A DNA stretch of 31,126 bases. It comes from a bacterium. Lineage in GTDB: Bacteria > SZUA-182 > DTGQ01 > JAFGSM01. Shown here piece by piece: positions 8,603-17,874 of this stretch. The notes beneath the pieces were generated by a model. It saw only the letters and a list, made by a program, of their open reading frames with translations, did no database searches and was not told the DNA's origin. Position 1 is the stretch's first letter. The number at the start of each line of letters is the position of its first letter. The stretch is from positions 1 to 31,126 of the forward strand of contig JBLIRP010000046.1 of assembly GCA_049472355.1 (NCBI GenBank), in the 5' to 3' direction. The position numbers were made by a program, and so were the translations under genes.

Positions 8603-11600
8603 TTATGAAGGATGGGATGATCTGTTATTATTCTCCGCAACGCCTTTGGCGATCTGCCTGATGCGGGGGTCCGGGTCCTCTGCAAGGGATGCAAGTATTT
8701 CATCCCCTTTGGGATCGGACAACTGGGCCAGGGCAACTGCTGCGGCAGAGCGCACCTCGTCATTCCTCTTTTTCCAGAATGCCCAGGGCCTGTTTCGCTC
8801 CAGAATGTGGGCGAGCGGCTCCACGCTGCCCGGGTCCTGCAACTCCCCAAGGGCCTTACAGCAGGCGATTATCAGTTCCTCCTTTTTTGCCGATTTCAGC
8901 AGGGAGAGCAGTTCTCCGCTCGTCGCTCGAATCTTGAGTCTACCGAGACATCGTACTGCTGCGGTGGCAAGATGCATTGACTGGTTTCTTGCGCAGTTCA
9001 TCAGAAGGTCCACCACATACTTCTCGTTGAGTCGTTCGGCGAGTTCAAACGCCGCCTGCTGAACACGGGAACTCCTGTCACCCAGGAGGAGAGGTAACTC
9101 CCCCTTCAAATCATGCGTTAGGCTGTCAATAACCTCCAGTATGCGCACACGCTCCTCGGGATTGATCTCGATGACAAGCTGGCGCTTGAGGAGCAATCCG
9201 GCCTTGGGCCCTATCTTTTCAAGGAGGCTGGTGGCGAGCCTCCTCACCCGGTACTCGTCACCCTTCTTGACAATATTGACAAGAAGCGGCAGGGCTGCAT
9301 CTCCCAGGCTTCCCAGCAGTTGTACCGCCTTCTTTTGTTTGGACGCACTGCTTGACTTGAGGTCTTCCTCGATGAGCCGCTCGACCTGGGGCTCCAGTTT
9401 GAAATCGAGAACCTTGGTGAGATTCTGATAACGATCCTCACCTGATTCACGGATTTTCTGAGCCCATCGATGAAGATGAACAAGGAGCCTGCTCGCCGGC
9501 GGGTATTCGGCAAACTGGATGAAGATCACCGACATCTGCTTGAAGAGGGTGACAATCTTCAGGAGGATTTCCTCCTCCTTTTCGCTCCCCATGATGTCCG
9601 GAAGCGGATCCGAAAGGAGTGCACAGAGCTGATAGCGCGCATCGAGGTTAACGGTGTCGAACGTGCCCTGACAGATATCGATAATCCTTTTGCGGATAAG
9701 GAACTCACGCCCCTGGAACTCCTCGAACAGCCGGGTGACGGTTTTTTTCACCTGCCTTTTATCATCCTCGAGCAGATAATCGGTCAGCCGCTCCTGCGCC
9801 ACCTTGAGGAAATCCTCGAATGTTTCCTCGACATCGGATTTCTCCTCTTGTGTTTCCTCCTCTTTTGTTTTTTCCTCCTCAGGCTCCATTCCCACGGCAG
9901 GCATCGGGATGCCCTCCAGCATTTCATAGAGATGGCGGTTCACGAGCAGACCGGCGAGCCTGGCCTCGACTGCAAAACGCCCCCAGAAATATTCATCCGC
10001 CTTCCCCTCCCAGATCCGCCGAAGCGCCCCCAGAAAGGCATTCAGGTCTCCGTCGGTAAGGCCCTGCATGAAGGTGAGGCTGTGTATCATTGCCTCGTCG
10101 AGGAATTTAAAGAGCGAGTTCATCTGTTCCTTGAAATCCGTTGCCTCCACCTTTATGCCGTTGACAAGCAATGTGTCCTTAATCCGGGAAAAGGAGAGTG
10201 TCTGATGTGTGCTCAAGAGGGCAGTCAGGGCAGTCATGAGCTTTGCCACCGAATCGGACACCGCCTTGCTTTCCTGGGGATATAATCGCAGGTTCTTGAA
10301 TGTCCGAAGCAACGACCTGGTGACATCGAGGACCTGATCAAGTTCCGCCTGATCAAGATTCTGATCCTCGGCATGCAGGGTGAAAGAAGAGGAAAGACTC
10401 TCCAGATCGGGCTGGGCTGCATGCTCGCCCTCCTCAACCAGGCCCGCATCATCACCATGGTCGGCATCCTGATCATCCGCCCTGGTATAGCGTACCTGCT
10501 TTAATTTAATGTGGGTGAGGCCGTTTTCCGTACAGAAGTGCTTCCAGAACGCAGGGGCGATGATGCCTGACTTGAAGCGACAGAAGCCCTCGATCACGAT
10601 CACCAGTTCCTGCTCGGAAACCTCCCTGCAAAAGGCCATGCCCTTCAATTCAAGATGGTTGAGGAATTCGGTGAAATCCTTTGCCACGGGCCTGAATTCG
10701 GCGATATCGAGCTCCTGTTCATTGATAAGCAGGTTTTCCTCGGTGAGTGTGATCGTGAGCAGATCCGCATTCTCCGTTATCCGATCGAGCGCCTCCTTCA
10801 ATTGGGTGATGGCCTTCGTAACGGATTTGCTTCCCTGGGGGTACAGCTTGATTTTGTTTATTGTGCCAAGGAGCTGGCGCAGGAGTGCGGGCACCTGGCC
10901 CATACCTGCAGAATCAAGAGGTTCTTCGGCAATTGGAAAGTCATCCGCTATATCATCCTTATAGTCAAGTGCCTCCTTTGCATTGAAGATTTTGGTATTC
11001 CAGGAGGCGGTGACTTGCTCGTATTTTCTGGCACGCTCCTGGTCTGCCGAGCGCTTGAAATGATAGGCCAATGTCGCCGCCGAATGGAGCAACTTCTGAT
11101 TATAGAGCGTCTCCTGGTAGGTGCCGATACGCTCGTGCATCTCCTGCCTGCGAGTCTCTTCGATACCGCCATAGGTGATCTGGAGGATCCGCTTGCTCAG
11201 GAAATGGAGCATCTCATCATTGAGCTTGAATTCCGTGCTGATAAGGCCCTGATTCATTGCCTGATCAATGAATTCAAGCACATTGTTCTCGATTTTTCCC
11301 GAGCTTCCCACCAGGGAGCTCATCGAGACATCCTCACCGATGGCTGAGAAGTGCTCGAGAAGTTCCCGATTTTCCTTGTCCAGGGCGGCGATCTTTTCAC
11401 ACACGATCTCATCCAGGGATCGCGGGAGATATCCCTTCTCGAGAGGACGCATGATCCACTTCTGGCCCGCCATAACGATTTTCTGATCCTGGACCAGCTT
11501 GCGCAGGATTTCATTGAAAAAGAGGGGATTGCCCTGGGTGATTTCCATGAGATCCTGGACAAATTCCTTTGATGGGGAAAGATCGGCAAAAAGCCCGTGC

Positions 11601-12880
11601 ATGTGATCAATGGCATCCACCTCATTGAGGGGGGTGAGGGTAACCTTGACGATATTCAGTTCCTGATGATAGCTTTCGTAGAAACGCTGCAGGGAGAGTT
11701 GCCTTTCCCGTGTATCGCATGCTTCCGTAGAGGTGGCGCATACGAAAAGGGGGACCTCCCCGCGCAGGATCAGGCGCCGCAGCAACAGGAGTGTTGCCTC
11801 GTCACTGTAATGCAGGTCATCAATGAACAGGATGAGGGGGCGGTTGTTGAGCACCTTCGGGATAAAACGGAGCAGCGTCGTAAAGATGCCCTCCCGAAAG
11901 GATTTTTGATCCTTCTCCTGCACCTTTTCTTTTGTTTCTCCCAGAAACGGGAGGATGTGCGCAAGGTATGATCGCTCATCATTGTTCAGGTCGATGCATG
12001 CATCCGGACCGGAGTCATAGAGCTGGGTCAAAATGGAGATAAGGATGTCCGTCAGCAGATAGTATGGGCGGAACATCTCCTGGGGGAAACCGCGCACGCT
12101 GACCTGAAGGGCCTTCTGCTGCACCAGGTTGGTGCTGATCGCCCGAAGGAGCTCCGTCTTTCCCATGCCCGGGGAGCCTTCGATGACCAGAAACTGGCTC
12201 TGCCACTGGCTGAATTTTTTGAAGGCCTCCGCCACCTGCGCCAGTTGTCTTTTTCTCCCGGTAATCTTGATTTCGTTGAGGTGATAGAGGGCGGTCTTCG
12301 TCAGCACCTCATCAAGGTCGATGTCATCGGCATCGGCGAGACGATTTCGGCCAGTCTTTTTTGCGTAATACAGGGCGGTATCGGCCTTTTGAATGAGTCC
12401 CTTTCCACCCTGGGAGTTCATCAGGGTGGTTGCGATCCCCATGCTGAGCGTAATGGGCATGTCCCTGTCGTTTTCACTCGAATGAAAGGGTTGCTCCTGG
12501 ACCCGCCGGAGCATTCGCTCCGCCACTTCAAACGCCGCCTTTTTGTCCTGGAAGGGGAGAAGCACCACGAATTCGTCTCCCGCATACCGGACGGGAATCG
12601 CCTCATCACCGCTCACCTCCTTGAGGATGTGCGCAATCCACACCAGGGCCTCATCACCCATGTTGTGACCATAGCTATCATTGATCTCTTTGAAATGATC
12701 AACATCGATCATGATCAGGGAGAGGGGGTGATCTTCGGGATCATTCCAGGGAATCTTGAATTGCAGGTGATGATGCAGATAGCGACGATTGTAAAGCCCG
12801 GTGAGCTCATCCTCGAAGATCAGCCGCGCCGGATCCTTACCCATATGTTGTAGAAAATAGTGAAATTCTTTATATTCCAT
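8603..12880 (-). CDS. Diguanylate cyclase (AGDEF) fused to an AAA_16/STAND-type ATPase, two tandem internal domains and C-terminal HEAT repeats
   Basis: DELTGLYNRR, DVDHFKEIND, RYAGDEF and AKKTGRN; Walker A GSPGMGKT, Walker B LFIDDLH, TQGNPLF; HEAT-like repeats at the C-terminus. Start ATG 12880 with RBS GAGG. Confidence 0.85.
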   Translation of the reverse strand: MEYKEFHYFLQHMGKDPARLIFEDELTGLYNRRYLHHHLQFKIPWNDPEDHPLSLIMIDVDHFKEINDSYGHNMGDEALVWIAHILKEVSGDEAIPVRYAGDEFVVLLPFQDKKAAFEVAERMLRRVQEQPFHSSENDRDMPITLSMGIATTLMNSQGGKGLIQKADTALYYAKKTGRNRLADADDIDLDEVLTKTALYHLNEIKITGRKRQLAQVAEAFKKFSQWQSQFLVIEGSPGMGKTELLRAISTNLVQQKALQVSVRGFPQEMFRPYYLLTDILISILTQLYDSGPDACIDLNNDERSYLAHILPFLGETKEKVQEKDQKSFREGIFTTLLRFIPKVLNNRPLILFIDDLHYSDEATLLLLRRLILRGEVPLFVCATSTEACDTRERQLSLQRFYESYHQELNIVKVTLTPLNEVDAIDHMHGLFADLSPSKEFVQDLMEITQGNPLFFNEILRKLVQDQKIVMAGQKWIMRPLEKGYLPRSLDEIVCEKIAALDKENRELLEHFSAIGEDVSMSSLVGSSGKIENNVLEFIDQAMNQGLISTEFKLNDEMLHFLSKRILQITYGGIEETRRQEMHERIGTYQETLYNQKLLHSAATLAYHFKRSADQERARKYEQVTASWNTKIFNAKEALDYKDDIADDFPIAEEPLDSAGMGQVPALLRQLLGTINKIKLYPQGSKSVTKAITQLKEALDRITENADLLTITLTEENLLINEQELDIAEFRPVAKDFTEFLNHLELKGMAFCREVSEQELVIVIEGFCRFKSGIIAPAFWKHFCTENGLTHIKLKQVRYTRADDQDADHGDDAGLVEEGEHAAQPDLESLSSSFTLHAEDQNLDQAELDQVLDVTRSLLRTFKNLRLYPQESKAVSDSVAKLMTALTALLSTHQTLSFSRIKDTLLVNGIKVEATDFKEQMNSLFKFLDEAMIHSLTFMQGLTDGDLNAFLGALRRIWEGKADEYFWGRFAVEARLAGLLVNRHLYEMLEGIPMPAVGMEPEEEKTKEEETQEEKSDVEETFEDFLKVAQERLTDYLLEDDKRQVKKTVTRLFEEFQGREFLIRKRIIDICQGTFDTVNLDARYQLCALLSDPLPDIMGSEKEEEILLKIVTLFKQMSVIFIQFAEYPPASRLLVHLHRWAQKIRESGEDRYQNLTKVLDFKLEPQVERLIEEDLKSSSASKQKKAVQLLGSLGDAALPLLVNIVKKGDEYRVRRLATSLLEKIGPKAGLLLKRQLVIEINPEERVRILEVIDSLTHDLKGELPLLLGDRSSRVQQAAFELAERLNEKYVVDLLMNCARNQSMHLATAAVRCLGRLKIRATSGELLSLLKSAKKEELIIACCKALGELQDPGSVEPLAHILERNRPWAFWKKRNDEVRSAAAVALAQLSDPKGDEILASLAEDPDPRIRQIAKGVAENNNRSSHPS

Positions 12881-13122
12881 ATATTCCTCAACCTGCCTGA
12901 TTGCCAACAGGCAACCCCCTCGATCCACCAAGGCATGGGGAGTACTCACATAAAGGGTATGTGTACCTGTTTAAAAGAATATATAAGTTTTTATCGGAAT
13001 CCGGGGATAAAATGTTCTGAAATCAGCGCGTGATCCGCCATCGATGGGCATACCCAATGCCCTCCTGTTGGAATCTCGTGAGGAACGCTGTGGTGTGCAA
13101 CTATACCGGCGAAGATATCCTG

Positions 13123-13246
13123 GTGAAACGCACATGAGCCTGATGAAACTGCGAATGTAGAATGTAGAATGTAGAATGTAGAAGTGAAACGCACATGAGC
13201 CTTCGGCTCACAAGGAAGCATGAAAATGCCCCAAAGGGGATTTTTT
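13123..13246 (+). repeat. Composite dispersed repeat: heptamer module plus two-hairpin unit
   Basis: gtgaaacgcacatgagcc-tgatgaaactgc-(GAATGTA)x4 at 13153-13180, then gtgaaacgcacatgagccttcggctcacaaggaagcatgaaaatgccccaaaggggatttt. Confidence 0.9.
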
Positions 13247-13500
13247 GGTGAGCATGTTGACCACGCCCACCAGAAATGCACCCGGTGACCATCTCTTCGC
13301 ATCGGATCGCCATATCCTCGTTGACTGCGGAAGCGGCATCCTCCTTCTACCGGAGAGGGCGGGGATTGCTTCCCGGATACCATGCGTATCGAGGAATGTA
13401 AGAAGGTGTATGACGGGGATGTGGCGCCAGCGGAGGACCTTATGGCAAGGGAGATTCCCTGACCCTCTCACCGCACGGTGAGAGGGCCGGGGAATGAATA

Positions 13501-14151
13501 TTACCATCCCAAGAGTGCTGCCGGGGTCAGAAAATCAAAGATATCGGGAGCCGGGAAGAGTGTGGTCAGACCGGCCAGCGGGATCCCGGCATTCAGTGCG
13601 AGTATCACCTGCGGGGTAAGAGGCACCGTGGCCGCTGCGATCAGAGCCGCCGGATCCGCAATGCCCAGCAATGAGGGCCACGCCTGCAGGAAGTAGTTGT
13701 TTGCAAAGAGCACATTCTGCTGCAGCCAGAGGGTATCGGTGGGCGGCAGTTGATTGTACAGATCAGGAAGCCCCAGGGGAGCTGCCGCACCCGCTGAATC
13801 CAACAGGCTGCTTGGAGGCCAGAAATTGATTCCATAAAAGGGATCGAAGTAGGCCATACCCACAGGGGTATTATACAGCAGCCAGGGATAATTCAGGCTC
13901 GGATTCCATGTCAATCCTGGCTGCACCGGAAGCACCGTGGAAGGCGCCAGACTGCTCACCACCGGCGTGGGGAGCCCTGTGGCGGCATCCACCGGAGACA
14001 GGGCCGGAGACCACAACGGCCACAGCGTGTTATAGGGAGGCAGGGCCGTCCAGTAGTTCTGAGCCAGGGCCGCTCCCGCCACGGCAACACAGCACAAAAA
14101 TACGAGTGATACGACGACGATACATGATTTCCAAGGATTTTTTCCCATCAT
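13501..14151 (-). CDS. Secreted Pro/Leu/Trp-rich hypothetical protein
   Basis: Start ATG 14151 or 14148 after GAAAGGGG. Sec signal ending ALA-Q; the mature region has strongly biased composition. Confidence 0.75.
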   Translation of the reverse strand: MMGKNPWKSCIVVVSLVFLCCVAVAGAALAQNYWTALPPYNTLWPLWSPALSPVDAATGLPTPVVSSLAPSTVLPVQPGLTWNPSLNYPWLLYNTPVGMAYFDPFYGINFWPPSSLLDSAGAAAPLGLPDLYNQLPPTDTLWLQQNVLFANNYFLQAWPSLLGIADPAALIAAATVPLTPQVILALNAGIPLAGLTTLFPAPDIFDFLTPAALLGW

Positions 14152-14389
14152 AAATGAAACACCCCTTTCCGTAACCTTACACATGATGATAGAAATGGTG
14201 ATGTTGCTCCCCATCCCGCAAAAAGCCCACGAGAGTGTGAGGAGAAGATTAATGATAGCTGTTGACACCCTCCACCAAGTGGAGTGCTATGAAGCAATGG
14301 AACAGTGTTCGTGGAATATCTTCCCTGCTGTTCTCGTTTTCACCCCCTTCCGCTTCATGAACAGTTTTCTACCTCTTTTCAACAAGGGG

Positions 14390-14405
14390 AGCATAAACGG
14401 TGCCT
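14390..14405 (-). promoter_or_regulatory. Putative sigma-54 promoter
   Basis: Minus strand AGGCAC-CGTTT-ATGCT keeps the GG-N10-GC spacing. An AT-rich tract lies just upstream. Confidence 0.4.
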
Positions 14406-14550
14406 GAATAACGGGAATATTCTTTTGCCTTAAATTCAAAGAGATTATGGATAATGAACCCTGTGCACGAGGGGAGCGCATTCATAAAGGGTATGGGAAT
14501 GGGTGAAATTTTTATGAGGGGTTCATCGATCCTCAACGAGGCCCTATCCC

Positions 14551-16776
14551 TTAAATACACCCCTCTCCGATCTCTTCGCCGTTGTCGCAGGTAACATACT
14601 CCGGGATTTCGGGGTCCGCCCCGGTCCCTTCCGCACACTCGCAATTACTGCATGGGCTCACATAGGTAAGAACGAGGTCTTCCCCGTTGCAGTCCTGATC
14701 GATCCCGTCATTTGCAATCTCAGGGGCGCCCGGATAGATGGCGGGATCATGATCATTGCAGTCCAAGCCCCCAGCCTTGTAGGAAATATACCCGTCATCG
14801 TCCATATCCATATTGCCGATCCACCGGGCGCTGATGGCACGAAATTTATTGTCATCGTCGTCATCATGGTCATCATCGTCATACTTGTCATATTTGTCTA
14901 TTTTATCCCTTGATTGCTTGGGTGCCTTTTTCTCCGAGGCATCATTGCGTATATTGCCCTTCCTGGTAAGGGTGCGGTTCACCCCTGCCGGATACAATCC
15001 CCCGCCTTTCAAACCGCTGAGGAACGAAATGGCATCGCCGGCATTGATCAGTCCGTAGCCGTACTCGGCATCCCTGCCCTGAGGGCCGAGATCCCGCGCG
15101 GTCTTGGCAAGGATATCCCGTATACCCCCTGTATCGAGCGATGGGTCAACGGAGAGGATCAGGGCGATCACCCCGGTGGTGATTCCGGTTGCCATGGACG
15201 TTCCCTGCAGGAATGCATATCCGAGCCGTGAGGGGTCCGCCAGGATCTCACCCCTGTCGGTCATTTCATATCGCGGATCAAAGGTCTCCTGCAGTATACC
15301 GTCCGGATAAAGATCTTCATCCAGGTCGAGATAGATATTGCCTCCGGGTGCCACCACATCCACCTCAGGCCCACGATTTGAATAGTAGGCCAGGCGTGAG
15401 TCAAGCTGGACCGCCCCAACGGCGATAACCTCGTCGTAGGCAGCGGGATAGCATACCGCATCACGCGCATCGTTCCCGGTCCCGGCCACCACAATCACCC
15501 CCGCATTGTGGGCATAGAGGATGGCATCGCGAACCACGGGTCCCGGCTCAAGGCCGACGGGCCATGCAAGGCTCAGGTTAATGACATTCGCACCATGATC
15601 CACGGCATAGTAAATCCCTTCCGCCAGTGTGCAGGAAAAGCCCTTTCCCCGATGATCGAGCACCTTGACGATCATGAGCGTGCAATCGGGTGCAATACCG
15701 ACGCTCGCCTCTGTGGTGCTGTGCCAAATCAGATTTGCCAGGTGTGTGCCATGGCCGTTATCATCGTTGGGATGGGCATCATGATCGATAAAATCGAATC
15801 CGTTCACGTCGTCAACATACCCGTTCAGGTCATCGTCCAGGCCGTTGCGCGGCACTTCCCCTTCGTTTACCCAGATGGCTGCTTTTTCCAGACCCTGGGC
15901 GGCGATATATGCCCCATCGCTTGTTGTGGAAAGGCGGGAAAGCTCGTTCTCCTGGATCGGGTTCTCTTCATATGCCACCCCTGTGTCCAGGAGTGCGATC
16001 GTCAGCGCCGGGCTCCCGAAGCTCTCGGCCCAGGCGGCCTCGATGTCGATATTCTTGAGATACCAGAGGAATGTTCCATCCTTTGAGCTATAATCTCTGG
16101 GCATCCACCGTTTTCTCTTTTCGTTTCGTTCCAGCCTTGTATTCCCGATCCTCTTCTCGATGGAAGAGGCAAAGCGTTTCAAACGGTCCTTATCAAATCC
16201 GCCCTGGGCATCGCACTCGTAATCGAGCTGTGCATATTGCACCATGTCCGCATGATCGCCTTGATACTCCTCCAGAAGCCCCTCCACGGATCCGTCCGCT
16301 TCCACCTCCACCTTCCACACCCTTCCCTTGGGAAGCACGCATTGAAGTTTTCCCGGCACCGGGGGTTTTTCACCTTGATCGATTTCTTCCTCGACCTCGG
16401 GTGTGAATTTCACCAGGATATGCCTGGTGCTGTATCGAACCGGGCGGTATGACGTTTCCTCCTGCTCCCTGTCTTCTATGGTATCCTCCGATACCACGGC
16501 ATTCCCCGCATTGTGTTTCTTTGTGAGAAAAGAGCTGATGGACGACCCTTTTTCATTCAGAGCGGAATACCCGCTGCCTGTTTCATGCTCGGTCCTATCC
16601 CCTTCATTCTCACGGATCGGGTCCGTCAGACGGATTTCCGCCGCCGGATTGCTGCAAACAAAAGCTGCATTTCTCGATTCAAGGGCACAAGACAGGCACC
16701 ATACACCCAATCCCAGGATGGCAAGGGCACCTGCCACCAACACCGGCACAGGGACTTTTCCTATGTGGTTCCTCAT
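14551..16776 (-). CDS. S8 subtilisin-like serine peptidase with a C-terminal MopE-like metal-binding repeat
   Basis: Catalytic triad LLDTG, HGTH, GTSMA; oxyanion AGTGN; N-terminal signal/anchor and propeptide; [27 protein letters not shown] motif. Start probably ATG 16776 (alternative 16797). Confidence 0.9.
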   Translation of the reverse strand: MRNHIGKVPVPVLVAGALAILGLGVWCLSCALESRNAAFVCSNPAAEIRLTDPIRENEGDRTEHETGSGYSALNEKGSSISSFLTKKHNAGNAVVSEDTIEDREQEETSYRPVRYSTRHILVKFTPEVEEEIDQGEKPPVPGKLQCVLPKGRVWKVEVEADGSVEGLLEEYQGDHADMVQYAQLDYECDAQGGFDKDRLKRFASSIEKRIGNTRLERNEKRKRWMPRDYSSKDGTFLWYLKNIDIEAAWAESFGSPALTIALLDTGVAYEENPIQENELSRLSTTSDGAYIAAQGLEKAAIWVNEGEVPRNGLDDDLNGYVDDVNGFDFIDHDAHPNDDNGHGTHLANLIWHSTTEASVGIAPDCTLMIVKVLDHRGKGFSCTLAEGIYYAVDHGANVINLSLAWPVGLEPGPVVRDAILYAHNAGVIVVAGTGNDARDAVCYPAAYDEVIAVGAVQLDSRLAYYSNRGPEVDVVAPGGNIYLDLDEDLYPDGILQETFDPRYEMTDRGEILADPSRLGYAFLQGTSMATGITTGVIALILSVDPSLDTGGIRDILAKTARDLGPQGRDAEYGYGLINAGDAISFLSGLKGGGLYPAGVNRTLTRKGNIRNDASEKKAPKQSRDKIDKYDKYDDDDHDDDDDNKFRAISARWIGNMDMDDDGYISYKAGGLDCNDHDPAIYPGAPEIANDGIDQDCNGEDLVLTYVSPCSNCECAEGTGADPEIPEYVTCDNGEEIGEGCI

Positions 16777-16879
16777 TGTGATCCCTTCCTTTCCCATGAA
16801 TGCCCCTGAGTGTTTGGCATGTTTTACCGCTCATGGATTATAGGTCCACTGCTCGTTTAGGTATCACGATCATTCAGGT

Positions 16880-17377
16880 TCAGGGATTCATGTATACGAA
16901 TTTGATGCTCACCCTGGCCGTGAACTGGTTGGTCGTCTTCTTGTACTCGAGCACCCGATCTATTACGGGGATGAGCCCTGTTCCATAGACAAGGGCAGTC
17001 GCCAACTGTCCATCGGTGTCGACCATGCCGACCAATACCTTCGGCGTAAGGGAGTCGAATTCCTCCTTGGAGAGGTTTTGTACGTAGGTGACGAGTACCC
17101 CCTCGTCATATCGGTACTCATCCCGTTTGAGACATTCGCACTTTTTGACAAAAAGGTTCAGATGGGTGAGTGAAGGGCTTATGTAGTCGCCGACCAGGTA
17201 CCCTACCACATTCGACCCGACTGCAGGGGCGTTGAGGTAATCCTGGGCCGCCGTCCCCACAATGTATGCGCCTGCATAGCTGAAGGAGACCAGGCTCATC
17301 AGCAGGAAGAGCAAAAGGGCGAACATCAGAAACACACTGCACAAAAAGGAAATATCACGTCTTGTTGTTACGTTCAT
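16880..17377 (-). CDS. Secreted hypothetical protein
   Basis: RBS GGAGG before ATG 17377 (alternative in-frame ATG 17455). Hydrophobic signal ending SYA-G. No family recognised. Confidence 0.65.
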   Translation of the reverse strand: MNVTTRRDISFLCSVFLMFALLLFLLMSLVSFSYAGAYIVGTAAQDYLNAPAVGSNVVGYLVGDYISPSLTHLNLFVKKCECLKRDEYRYDEGVLVTYVQNLSKEEFDSLTPKVLVGMVDTDGQLATALVYGTGLIPVIDRVLEYKKTTNQFTARVSIKFVYMNP

Positions 17378-17563
17378 TTGTTCCTCCCCCCGTGAGTTGT
17401 TTACATCCCAAAGGAGCATGTCCTTGTGTTTTATCCAATGGTCTCCGTTGATCATTGTTCCCCTCTCCTTTTCTCCCCGTTCACCATAAATCCTCAATCA
17501 TCCTGTTCGGTTCGCTGTTTTGTTTTGATACCCCCTCTGCCCCGCAACGTTGTTCCCCTTGTG

Positions 17564-17579
17564 TGCAACCGCAATGCCA
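17564..17579 (-). promoter_or_regulatory. Sigma-54 (-24/-12) promoter
   Basis: Minus strand TGGCAT-TGCGG-TTGCA, essentially consensus, directly downstream of an enhancer-binding protein gene. Confidence 0.75.
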
Positions 17580-17734
17580 CCCTCGATAATATGAGAAGAA
17601 TGGTGAATGAAGGGTTTGCACGAATACCATCAACGCGATAGTAATATATTGTTATTATTGAGTTTTGTTAGACGCCGGCTGAACGAAGGGCGTGTGGGCC
17701 ATGTCCGGGCGGGGCAGGTTATGGGGAGCAGACC

Positions 17735-17874
17735 TGTTACTATTTGCTAACACCTTTCGGGCGGAGGATACACTCGAACGGATGCGGATTATGAGTAACA
17801 TTATGTTTTATTTATTTTTAATCGATATCGCCCGGGTGTGATTGAATACTAACACCTGTTACCATTTTCTAACT
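17735..17874. promoter_or_regulatory. Putative upstream activator (enhancer) sites TGTTA-N8-TAACA, three copies
   Basis: TGTTA-ctatttgc-TAACA (17735-17752), TGTGA-ttgaatac-TAACA (17837-17854) and TGTTA-ccattttc-TAACT (17857-17874). They lie about 155-295 nt upstream of the sigma-54 site. Confidence 0.6.

Noticed and set aside
13046..13062. Sigma-54 box upstream of the GGDEF gene
   Set aside because: Several mismatches to consensus; better explained as a short palindrome GGGCAT-N5-ATGCCC of unknown role.
13135..13195. Hammerhead ribozyme (CTGATGA...GAAAC)
   Set aside because: Stem II does not pair properly next to the core, and the homologous copy near 24980 reads CGGATGA, losing the core.
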